From NCBI GenBank assembly GCA_965215605.1, contig OZ244070.1, positions 1,568,001 through 1,632,000 on the forward strand: a stretch of 64,000 nucleotides of DNA. The letters are read 5' to 3'. Numbering within the stretch: position 1 is the first letter of the stretch; every line of letters begins with the position of its first letter. A program made the translations under genes and the position numbers. This document shows, one piece after another, positions 35,643 to 44,252 of this stretch. A model generated the notes under the pieces. That model was not told the DNA's origin, did no database searches, and was given only the letters and a program-made list of their open reading frames with translations. The stretch is from an uncultured Candidatus Binatia bacterium. Lineage in GTDB: Bacteria > Desulfobacterota > Binatia > UBA9968 > JAJDTQ01.

Positions 35643-36238
35643 TACTCGGCAGCCGCGAGCCGCGAGCCCGCCTCGGTGACGAGCCGCTCCAGTTGTTCGT
35701 AGGGCTCGGCGCCGACGATGGCCAGGCCCTCCGACAGGTAGGTGGGCACGGCGGTCACGCCGAGGGAGTGGCAGCGCTGCCAGTCGTCGTTGACCGACTG
35801 CTCAAAGGTACGGTCCGCCAGCACCTGGCGCGCCTCCTCCACCGGCAGCCCCGCCTCATCCACCACTTGGAGCAGCAGTTCCGGCTTGGAGATGTTCGCC
35901 GCATCGACGAAGTACGCCCGGAACACCGCGTCGTTGAAGGCGTCTTCCCGGCCCTGGTCCTTGGCCCATTTCGCCAATTCCTGGGCCGACCGGCTGTTGT
36001 AGCTGAACTTCCGCTCGGTGAACGGCAGGCCCTCCCGGGCCAGCATGGTATCCACCCGGCTCGGGCCGTTCATGTTCCGCGGCTTGCCGTCCGGCGGGGT
36101 TTCGGGATGCAACGGGAACTGGGTGTAGACAACGTTCAGATCGTGGTTCTGCCGCAGTTTCTCAATACGCCCGGTACTGAGATAGCACCACGGTCAGACG
36201 AAATCCGAGAAAACCTCAAGGGTCACCCGATCGGCCAT
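35642..36238 (-). CDS. DsbA/FrnE-like thioredoxin-fold selenoprotein (UGA = Sec at 36194-36196), about 198 aa
   Basis: MADRVTLEVFSDFV-TGA-PWCYL... continues in frame to FPLHP and GVTAVPT; Sec takes the first Cys position of CPWC; SECIS-like hairpin follows. Confidence 0.88.
36152..36193 (-). promoter_or_regulatory. Bacterial SECIS-like hairpin
   Basis: CCGTGGT-GCTA-TCTCAGTAC-CGGGC-GTATTGAGA-A-ACTGCGG directly after the UGA; G-containing apical loop about 20 nt downstream. Confidence 0.75.
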
Positions 36239-36359
36239 CAGCATCTCCTTCCTTCGCGTTGACAGGCGAGTCGCGAGGAGACGCATGTTATCAGATTTAC
36301 CTCGATAATTCCCACATAGGCCGGCGATTTTCACGTATAGTCGGTCCCAGGAAGGATCC

Positions 36360-37742
36360 ATGCCTGCCGAACCCCTGTCAGAGTTGATCGCGAAGTTCCT
36401 CCAGCGGGTGCGCAGCCGCGGAGTGCCCCGGGCCGTCCGGGAGAGGGCCAAGGAGCACCTGCTGGACGGGTTCGCCGTCATGTTGGGCGGGGTGCCGGAG
36501 GCGGCAAGCCGAAGGATACGGGCGCATGTGGCCTCCATCGGCGGCCGGGGCGAGGCCCGCGTGATCGGGACCGCATTGAAGGCCCCCTGCCAGATGGCGG
36601 CGCTGGCCAACGGGGCGCAGGGGCACGTGCTGGACTACGACGACGCCCAGCTCACCACCGCGGGCGGGCGGCCCTTCGGGCAGCAGGTCCATCCCACGGC
36701 GCCGGTGCTGGCGGCGGCCTTGGCGCTGGCGGAGAAGACCCGCGCGAGCGGCTCGGAACTGCTGGCGGCGTACGCAGTAGGCGTGGAGGTGGCCTGCCGG
36801 TTGGGCGATGCGGTGGAGCCGGACCACTACATGGACGGGTTCCACCCCACCGGCACCCTGGGCGTTTTCGGCGCCGCCGCGGCCTGCGGCGGCCTCCTGG
36901 GTCTCAACCGCGAGCGGACCGGCTGGGCGCTGGGCATTGCCGGCGGATTGAGCGCCGGGCTGCGCGCCAACCGGGGTACCATGGCCAAGGCGCTGAACGC
37001 GGGCCGGGCGGCGGAGAACGGCGTGTTGGCGGCCACCCTTGCGGCAAGAGGCTTCACCGCTTCCGCCGGCGCCTTCGAGGATCCCATGGGGTTTTTCAGC
37101 GCCGCCTGCGGCAACCGCTACGACCCGGAACTGCTGCGCTTCGGCAATCCCTGGTTCCTGAGGAAACCGGGCGTCGCCATCAAGCGCTACCCCTGCGCGG
37201 GCGTGATGCATCCGATGCTGGATGCGCTGCTGGCGTTGCTGGAGCGCCGCCGGGTGCGCGCGGACGCCGTCCATCGGGTGCGGGTCCGCCTGCACCCCGA
37301 CGCCGCGCGTCCGCTGGTCTACGACCGTCCCGGAAGCGGCATGGAAGGCAAGTTCAGCCTGCCCTACACGGCCGCGGCGGCGCTGCTGGACCGCCAGGTT
37401 ACCCCGGGACACTACACGGACGCCCGGGTGCGCGACCCGAGGGTCAAAGCGCTGATGTCTCGGGTGGAGCTGGCGCGGGACCCCGGATTGAGCCCGCCGG
37501 GCGGCTCCGGAGCGGCCGCCGGCGTGGAACTGGTTTTAACCGGCGGCCTTCGGTACTATGAAGCCGCGCCCGACCGGCCCGCCGCACGCCCGGGCCGGCC
37601 GGCACTGGAGGAGAAGTTTCAGCAGTGCGCCGAGCACGCGCGCATCGGGAGCGGGGGCAGCCTACGGAAGTTCGTGGACACGCTGTGGTCCCTGGAGAAC
37701 GTCGATTCCCTGGCCTCCTGGCTCCGTCTCTTGCGCGCCTGA
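36360..37742 (+). CDS. MmgE/PrpD family protein
   Basis: ANG..GHVLDYDD, HPT, GFHPTG, KRYPC, KFSLPY motifs. Confidence 0.88.
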   Translation: MPAEPLSELIAKFLQRVRSRGVPRAVRERAKEHLLDGFAVMLGGVPEAASRRIRAHVASIGGRGEARVIGTALKAPCQMAALANGAQGHVLDYDDAQLTTAGGRPFGQQVHPTAPVLAAALALAEKTRASGSELLAAYAVGVEVACRLGDAVEPDHYMDGFHPTGTLGVFGAAAACGGLLGLNRERTGWALGIAGGLSAGLRANRGTMAKALNAGRAAENGVLAATLAARGFTASAGAFEDPMGFFSAACGNRYDPELLRFGNPWFLRKPGVAIKRYPCAGVMHPMLDALLALLERRRVRADAVHRVRVRLHPDAARPLVYDRPGSGMEGKFSLPYTAAAALLDRQVTPGHYTDARVRDPRVKALMSRVELARDPGLSPPGGSGAAAGVELVLTGGLRYYEAAPDRPAARPGRPALEEKFQQCAEHARIGSGGSLRKFVDTLWSLENVDSLASWLRLLRA

Positions 37743-37757
37743 AACGAACGGACGGAC

Positions 37758-39218
37758 ATGAGCGAGATACGTTTCATCGACACCACCCTCAGGGACGGAC
37801 ATTTGAGCCTTTGGGCCCTGCGTATGCGCATCGGCCACATGCTCGGCGCCGCCCGGCAGATGGACCGTTGCGGCTTCGAGTCCATGGAGTTCTTCGGCTT
37901 CGCCAGCATCATCAAGCAGGTGCGGGAGTTGAAGGAGAATCCCTGGGACTGGGTGCGGCTCGGGGTCAAGCAGTTTGTCAGGACCCGGCTGCGCTATCAC
38001 GGCGGCATCGGCTCCGGTTTCGAGGCCATTCCCCCGTGCGTTCTCCATCTCTTGCTGGAACGTGTCATCGCCCACGGCATCACCCTCACACGCTCGTCCA
38101 ACCCGTGGAACGACTACGACGTGCTCGCCAGGGAGATCAAGCGCCTGGGAGGAATGGGCATGGAGGTGGTGGCCAACGTCATCTACTCGGTTTCCCCCAA
38201 GCACACCAACGAGTACTACGAGCGGAAAGTCTGCGAGCTGGCGGCGCTGCGGCCCTACCGCATCTGCTTCAAGGACGTCGGCGGGCTGCTGACGCCGGAC
38301 CGCACGCGGGAGATGCTCCAGCTCGTCATGGCCAACGCCGGCGACATCCCGCTGGAGTTCCACGCCCACTGCAACAACAGCCTCGCGCCCTTCAACTATG
38401 TCGAGGCCATGAAGCTGGGGATCAAGACGCTGCATACCTCCATTCCGCCCCTGGCCAACGGTTCGGCCCAACCCTCCATCTTCAACGTGGCGGCAAACGC
38501 CAAGGCACTCGGGCTGACGCCGATGGTGGACCTGGATGCGGTCAGGCCCGTGGAGGAACATTTCACCCGGGTGGCCTTGCAGGAGAACTTTCCCATCGGG
38601 GCACCCAGGGAGTACGACTACGCCCAGTACCTGCACCAGGTGCCCGGCGGCATGATCTCCAACCTGCGCTTCCAACTCGAGGCCGTGGGCATGGGCGACC
38701 GGCTGGAGGAGACCTTGGAGGAGGCTGGGCGCGTGCGCGAGGAGTACGGTTATCCCATCATGGTGACGCCGCTGGCCCAGTTCGTGGGCACCCAGGCGGC
38801 CGTCAACGTCATGGCGGGGGGCCGCTACAAGGAGGTCACCGACCAGAGCATCCAGTACGCCCTGGGGCACTGGGGCGAGGAGGGCGCGCGGCTCATGGAC
38901 CCGGACGTCAAGGACAGGATCCTGAGCCGGCCGCGGGCCCGGGAGTGGGCGGGCTGGATCCGGCCGGAACCCTCCCTGGACGAAGTGCGGCAGAAGTTCG
39001 GCGGTCCCGGGGTCTCGGACGAAGAGCTGGTGCTCCGGGTCATCGCCAGCCCGGATTCGGTGAAGGCCATGCTGGCGGCCGGCGCGCCGGCGGAGTTCCT
39101 CGATGCGCGCCGTCCGGTTTCCGAGCTGATGAAGCAGCTCGCCAGTGTGCGCGAGCTGCGGCAGGTCCATATCCGGCGGGACGGCCTCTCGTTGAAGCTG
39201 GAGCATAGAGACGCTTGA
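37758..39218 (+). CDS. Pyruvate carboxylase/oxaloacetate decarboxylase-type carboxyltransferase with no biotinyl domain
   Basis: DTTLRDGH, KDVGG, HAH, QVPGGM.SN, GYPIMVTP motifs; no EAMKM domain. Confidence 0.85.
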   Translation: MSEIRFIDTTLRDGHLSLWALRMRIGHMLGAARQMDRCGFESMEFFGFASIIKQVRELKENPWDWVRLGVKQFVRTRLRYHGGIGSGFEAIPPCVLHLLLERVIAHGITLTRSSNPWNDYDVLAREIKRLGGMGMEVVANVIYSVSPKHTNEYYERKVCELAALRPYRICFKDVGGLLTPDRTREMLQLVMANAGDIPLEFHAHCNNSLAPFNYVEAMKLGIKTLHTSIPPLANGSAQPSIFNVAANAKALGLTPMVDLDAVRPVEEHFTRVALQENFPIGAPREYDYAQYLHQVPGGMISNLRFQLEAVGMGDRLEETLEEAGRVREEYGYPIMVTPLAQFVGTQAAVNVMAGGRYKEVTDQSIQYALGHWGEEGARLMDPDVKDRILSRPRAREWAGWIRPEPSLDEVRQKFGGPGVSDEELVLRVIASPDSVKAMLAAGAPAEFLDARRPVSELMKQLASVRELRQVHIRRDGLSLKLEHRDA

Positions 39219-39258
39219 AGGCGGCCCCACCGCCGCCTCTCCGATTCGAGGTGCACCC

Positions 39259-39777
39259 GTGAAGCTGAACGACCGGACCCTGTTCACTCTCGGCGTCTTC
39301 GTTCTCGTGCTCGTCTTCCTGGTCCTGTCCCTGGGCTACCAGCCGAGGGCCCGCCTGGTGCCGCTCGTCATCGCCGTACCCACGCTGTTGCTCACGCTGT
39401 TCCAGCTATTGATCGACATGATTCCCGCGGTGGCCCGCCGCTTCAGCTTCTTCCAGGAATACGACCTCTTCGGCATCGAGACCAGCCGCGCCGCCGCACC
39501 CTCCGAGGAAAGCCGCCCTTCCGGCGCCGTCTTCCGCCGGGAGCTCAACTTCGCGGCCTGGCTGCTGCTGCTCGTGGCCCTGATCTACTTCATCGGCTAC
39601 CTCGTGGCCATCCCGCTCTTCATGGTCCTGTTCATGCGGCTCCGCTCCGCCGAGCGCTGGCTCACGACCCTGTCCATCACCGCCGTCACCTGGGCGTTCG
39701 TCTACATCGTCTTTATCGTGGTCATGGGCGCGCCACTCCACGAGGGGGTGGTGTGGAAGGGGTTGGGGCTGTATTGA
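39259..39777 (+). CDS. TctB-like tripartite tricarboxylate transporter small membrane subunit
   Basis: 4-5 TM helices, ARLVP loop, IGYLVA, C-terminal PLHEG. Confidence 0.7.
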   Translation: MKLNDRTLFTLGVFVLVLVFLVLSLGYQPRARLVPLVIAVPTLLLTLFQLLIDMIPAVARRFSFFQEYDLFGIETSRAAAPSEESRPSGAVFRRELNFAAWLLLLVALIYFIGYLVAIPLFMVLFMRLRSAERWLTTLSITAVTWAFVYIVFIVVMGAPLHEGVVWKGLGLY

Positions 39778-39799
39778 GTTCACGAACGCTCCAAAAGGT

Positions 39800-40618
39800 T
39801 CACCCGTCGAGAAGAAACCCCTTGCGGTGGTCCAGCGCCGGCAGTCTGCGGCGTACCTCGTCCAGGTAGGCGAGGTCGACGGCGGCCAGCACCAGGCCCG
39901 GCTCGGCGCCGGCCTCGGCGATGACCTTGCCCCAAGGGTCGACGATCATGGAATGGCCGTAGGCTTCCATGCTGGCGGGGTGGCGGCCGCTCTGGTCCGG
40001 GGCGATGATGTACACTTGGTTCTCGATGGCCCGGGCGCGCAGCAGCGTCTCCCAGTGGGCGCGGCCCGTGGGCACGGTGAACACCGAGGGCACGAAGACC
40101 ACCCTGGCGCCGGCGGCGGCGAGACGGCGGTAGAGCTCCGGGAAACGCAGGTCGTAGCACACCGACAGCCCCATGGGGCACAGCGGCGTGTCCGCCACCA
40201 CCACGGCGTCGCCGGGCCGGCGGTACTCGGATTCGCGGATGGGGTCCTCGCCCTCGATGTCCACGTCGAACAGGTGGATCTTCCGGTACTTGGCGACGAT
40301 GCCGGTTCCCGGCCCGATGAGGACGCTGGTGTTGTAGGCGCGGCCGGCCGTGTCCGCGGCCTCCAGGACCGACCCGGCCAGAAGATACAAACCCAGCTCG
40401 CCAGCCACCGCGCTCATGCGTTCCGTGGAAGGCCCGGGCACCGGCTCGGCGTGGGCCGCCGTTTCCGCGCCGCGCCCACGCCAGTTGAAGACCTCCGGCA
40501 GCACCACGAGCCGTGCTCCCTCGGCATGGGCCCGGCGAATCCATCCCTCGGCTTCCCGAAGATTCGCCTCCTTGTCCGATGTGGCCAGCATCTGGACGGC
40601 TGCCGCGACAAATTGCAT
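39800..40618 (-). CDS. Nitrilase-superfamily C-N hydrolase (Nit1/deaminated-glutathione amidase-like)
   Basis: LPE, YRKIHLFD, CYDLRFPE triad motifs; HW..LLRARAIENQ. Confidence 0.9.
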   Translation of the reverse strand: MQFVAAAVQMLATSDKEANLREAEGWIRRAHAEGARLVVLPEVFNWRGRGAETAAHAEPVPGPSTERMSAVAGELGLYLLAGSVLEAADTAGRAYNTSVLIGPGTGIVAKYRKIHLFDVDIEGEDPIRESEYRRPGDAVVVADTPLCPMGLSVCYDLRFPELYRRLAAAGARVVFVPSVFTVPTGRAHWETLLRARAIENQVYIIAPDQSGRHPASMEAYGHSMIVDPWGKVIAEAGAEPGLVLAAVDLAYLDEVRRRLPALDHRKGFLLDG

Positions 40619-40675
40619 CTATCCTCACCAACACCATGCATGACAACCCGGCCGGAAGGGTGATAATATCAGGGG

Positions 40676-40963
40676 ATGGCTGGAAAGACTCCATCCAGGG
40701 ACAATCCGCAGGAGAAACTGTTCCGGGAACTTCGGAGCTATGCGGAGCAGCAGTGCGGGATCCAGGTCCGGTGCGAACGGCTGACGCGCGAGTTCGGCTA
40801 CAGCGTGCGCAGCGGCGCCTGCATGGTCAACGGGAAGAAGTGGGTGATCGTGGACCGGGCGCTCCCGGCCCGTGACCGGATGGATGTTCTGGCCGACGAG
40901 ATCAAACAGACCGTGGACGCCAACCGCGAGATACCGCCCAACATCCGGGCGCTCCTGCGCTAG
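40676..40963 (+). CDS. Conserved-looking small hypothetical protein
   Basis: 95-aa ORF with host-like codon use, divergent from the nitrilase gene. Confidence 0.6.
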   Translation: MAGKTPSRDNPQEKLFRELRSYAEQQCGIQVRCERLTREFGYSVRSGACMVNGKKWVIVDRALPARDRMDVLADEIKQTVDANREIPPNIRALLR

Positions 40964-41203
40964 TTCCTCTGGGTAACCCACTACTCCTTCGGTTTCCGAG
41001 ACGCCACGGGTCTGCCCACGACGCCTGCAAGCATCCCCGAATCACGGGCCTCATCACTCTTCCACGACACAGAACGTTGTCTTCCGGCGTCGCCACTGTC
41101 CATCGCGAAGAGAGCGGGCTGGGGAGCGGCCTTGTCGCCATGGGGAACACCATTGACGAGGCAATGACACCGAGGAACCGCAGGCCGGCAGGCAGGCATC
41201 TGC

Positions 41204-42688
41204 CTACTTCATGAAGAAGCCCAGCGAGCCGGTGGTGTAGTCGAGCAACGGCCCCCAGTACACCCCCAGCACCAGGGTCAGCACCACGAGGGCTCCGAGC
41301 AGCGGCAGCGCGCTCGGGGTGGCGGCCACCGGACCGTCCTCGGGAGTGGGAGCGTCCAGGAACATGGTGCGGACGATCCGCACGTAGTAGTACAGCGAGA
41401 TGACCGTGTTGAGGAGGGCCACCACCGCGAGCACGTAGAACCCGGCGTGGATGATGGCGGCGAAGAGCAGGAACTTGCCGATGAATCCCGCCAGGGGCGG
41501 CAGGCCGGTGAGGGAGAAGAGGAACACCCCCATGCAGATGGCCGGGAACGCGGCGCCGCGCCAAGCCAGCCCGCGGTAGGCCTCCATGTCCTCGCGTCCG
41601 GTGGCGTTGGCCACCACCATCACCACCAGGAATGCCCCCAGGTTCATGATCAGGTACACCACCACGTAGAACAGCATGGCGGTGAGCCCGTCGTTGTTCA
41701 GCACCACCAGACCCATCATGATGTAGCCCGCGTGGGCGATGCCGGAGTAGGCCAGCAGCCGCTTGACGTTGTTCTGGTTGAGGGCCGAGAGGTTGCCCCA
41801 GGTCATGGTGACGATGCTCAGGACCACCAGAAGGTCCGTCCACTGCAACGCGGGAAACGCCTGGAACGTCCAGATCCCTTCCTGTCCCAGGGTGGACACG
41901 GCCGGGTAGAAGAAGCGGATCAGGATGGCCAGACCGGCGGCGTTGGAGGCCACCGAAAGGAAACCGGTGAAGGGCGTCGGAGCCCCCTGGTACACGTCCG
42001 GCGACCACATGTGGAAGGGCGCGAAGGCCATCTTGTAGCCGAACCCGGCCAGGATGAACACGAAGGCGATGAAAAGGCCGGCCTGATTGCCGTCGCCCTG
42101 GGATATGGCCGCGTTGATGGCGGCGTAGTCCAGGCTGCCGGCCATGCCGAACACCCAACTCATGCCGTAGATCATGGTGCCGGAGGCCACCCCGCCGTAG
42201 ATCAGGTACTTGAGCGCCGCTTCCGCCGAGCGCCGGTTGTGCGGCAGCATACCGGTCAGGATGTAGGACGTCAGGCTCACCAGCTCCAGGCCGAGGTAGG
42301 CCATCAGCAGGTTGTTGCCCGAGGCCATGAAGAACATGCCGAAGCCGCAGGTCAGCAGCACGATGTAGTACTCGCCCAGGTGTACCTGCCGGACCTCGCC
42401 GGAACCGATGGACATCCAGATGGCGGCCACCAGCGCCACCAGGGTCAGCACCTTGAAGAACAGGGCGAAGTTGTCCAGCGCCACCATGCGGTGGAAGAGC
42501 AGCGTGGGCTCCGTGCCGTAAAGCTCCACGGTGGCGCCCAGGGCGGCCAGGCATCCGGCCGCGCCCACGTAGGCCAAGAGCCGCTTGTTGGCCACCACCA
42601 GGTCCAGGACCGTCAGCAGGATGATGGTTCCCGCGAGGACGATCTCCGGATGGAACAGCTTGAGGCTTGCGAGGTTACCGAGGTCCAT
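41204..42688 (-). CDS. nuoN: NADH-quinone oxidoreductase subunit N
   Basis: EAALKY, PFHMWSPDVYQGAP, KRLLAYSGIAHAGY motifs. Confidence 0.95.
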   Translation of the reverse strand: MDLGNLASLKLFHPEIVLAGTIILLTVLDLVVANKRLLAYVGAAGCLAALGATVELYGTEPTLLFHRMVALDNFALFFKVLTLVALVAAIWMSIGSGEVRQVHLGEYYIVLLTCGFGMFFMASGNNLLMAYLGLELVSLTSYILTGMLPHNRRSAEAALKYLIYGGVASGTMIYGMSWVFGMAGSLDYAAINAAISQGDGNQAGLFIAFVFILAGFGYKMAFAPFHMWSPDVYQGAPTPFTGFLSVASNAAGLAILIRFFYPAVSTLGQEGIWTFQAFPALQWTDLLVVLSIVTMTWGNLSALNQNNVKRLLAYSGIAHAGYIMMGLVVLNNDGLTAMLFYVVVYLIMNLGAFLVVMVVANATGREDMEAYRGLAWRGAAFPAICMGVFLFSLTGLPPLAGFIGKFLLFAAIIHAGFYVLAVVALLNTVISLYYYVRIVRTMFLDAPTPEDGPVAATPSALPLLGALVVLTLVLGVYWGPLLDYTTGSLGFFMK

Positions 42689-42694
42689 TTTGCG

Positions 42695-44215
42695 CTACGA
42701 CAGGTGCGAGATCACCATCTGGTTGATGTTGTTGAGCGAGGCCTGGAGCAGGTCGAGCACCACCCGCGGGTAGACGCCGACGATGACCACGATCACTCCC
42801 AGCGGGAACAGCGTGAAGATCTCGCGGCCGTTGATGTCCGGCAGCGAACGGTACTTCTCGTTGGGCGGGCCGAGATAGACGCGCTGCATCATCCACAGCA
42901 TGTAGCCCGCGGTGATGACGATGCCCAGGGCCGCGATGATGGTCAGCGCATGGTACCTGGGCCAGGCCCCCAGCAGCACCAGCACCTCGGAGACGAAGCC
43001 CGAGAGCCCCGGAAGCCCCATGGAGGCGAAGAACGCCAGTGCCGTGAAACCAGCGTACACCGGCATGATGCCCGCCAGCCCGCCGAAGCCGTCGATGTCG
43101 CGGTGATGCGCACGGTCGTAGATCACGCCCACGAGCAGGAAGAGCATGGCGGTGATGGTGCCGTGGTTGAACATCTGCAGCACCGCGCCGTTGATGCCCT
43201 GGGTGTTGAAGGCCGCCATCCCCAGCATGACGTAGCCCATGTGGCTGACGCTGGAGTAGGCCACCAGCTTCTTCATGTCCGTCTGCGCCATGGCGCAGAG
43301 GCCGCCGTAGACGATGTTCCAGGCGCCGAGGGCGGCCAGGAACCAGAACGCGAGGTCGGCGGTGGCCGCCGGCAGCATCGGGTAATTGATCCGCAGGATG
43401 CCGTAGGTGCCCATCTTCAGGAGGATGCCCGCCAGAATCACGGAGATGGCGGTGGGCGCTTCCACGTGGGCGTCGGGCAGCCAGGTGTGGAACGGGAAGG
43501 CCGGGATCTTGATGGCGAAGCCGATGAACAGCGCCATCCACACCACATGCTGGAAGCCCCAGCCCCACACGTTGAACGGCCACATGGCCAGCGGCGTGGT
43601 GCTGTAGAGGCTGCTCCGGTCCATGAGCTTGGTCATGTCGAAGGTGTTGGGCTCGGAGTAGAAGTAGAGCGCCAGGATCGCGACCAGCATGAGCACGCTG
43701 CCCAGCAGCGTGTAGAGGAAGAACTTGATGGCGGCGTATTCCTTCCGCGGGCCGCCCCAGATGCCGATGAGGAAGTACATGGGAAGCAGCATGACTTCCC
43801 AGAAGACGTAGAAGAGCACGAAATCCAGCGCCACGAACACACCTGTCATGCCGGTGTCCAGGAGCAGGAACAGCGCGAAATAACCCTTGACCCCCTTGTC
43901 GATGCCCCAGGAAGCGAAGATGCAGAGAAAGGAGAGCAACGCCGTCAGCAGCACCATGGAGACGCTGAGGCCGTCGACCCCGATGAAGTATTCGATGTTG
44001 AACGCGGGGATCCAGGCTGCCCGCTCGACGAACTGCATGCCGGCGGTGGTGGTGTCGAAATTGGCGTACAGCCAGACCCCCAGTATGAGCGGCGGCACCG
44101 TGGCCGCGGCCGAAACCCAGCGAATGAGATCATGGCGCCCGCTGGGCAGGATCAGCACCACCAGCATCCCGGCCAGGGGGAAGAAGACCATGTAGCTCAG
44201 CACATGTTCGGTCAT
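42695..44215 (-). CDS. nuoM: NADH-quinone oxidoreductase subunit M
   Basis: HTWLPDAHVEAPT, KLVAYSSVSHMG motifs. Confidence 0.96.
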   Translation of the reverse strand: MTEHVLSYMVFFPLAGMLVVLILPSGRHDLIRWVSAAATVPPLILGVWLYANFDTTTAGMQFVERAAWIPAFNIEYFIGVDGLSVSMVLLTALLSFLCIFASWGIDKGVKGYFALFLLLDTGMTGVFVALDFVLFYVFWEVMLLPMYFLIGIWGGPRKEYAAIKFFLYTLLGSVLMLVAILALYFYSEPNTFDMTKLMDRSSLYSTTPLAMWPFNVWGWGFQHVVWMALFIGFAIKIPAFPFHTWLPDAHVEAPTAISVILAGILLKMGTYGILRINYPMLPAATADLAFWFLAALGAWNIVYGGLCAMAQTDMKKLVAYSSVSHMGYVMLGMAAFNTQGINGAVLQMFNHGTITAMLFLLVGVIYDRAHHRDIDGFGGLAGIMPVYAGFTALAFFASMGLPGLSGFVSEVLVLLGAWPRYHALTIIAALGIVITAGYMLWMMQRVYLGPPNEKYRSLPDINGREIFTLFPLGVIVVIVGVYPRVVLDLLQASLNNINQMVISHLS

Positions 44216-44252
44216 TTTCGCATCTCTCCTATCCGACTCTCTCCGATCTGAA

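Noticed and set aside
36194-36196. TGA as a nonsense mutation (DsbA pseudogene)
   Set aside because: It falls exactly on the catalytic Cys position and is followed by a SECIS-like hairpin, so Sec is the better explanation.
40981-41199. 72-aa ORF or possible RNA downstream of nuoN
   Set aside because: No motif, poor codon bias and no convincing structure.
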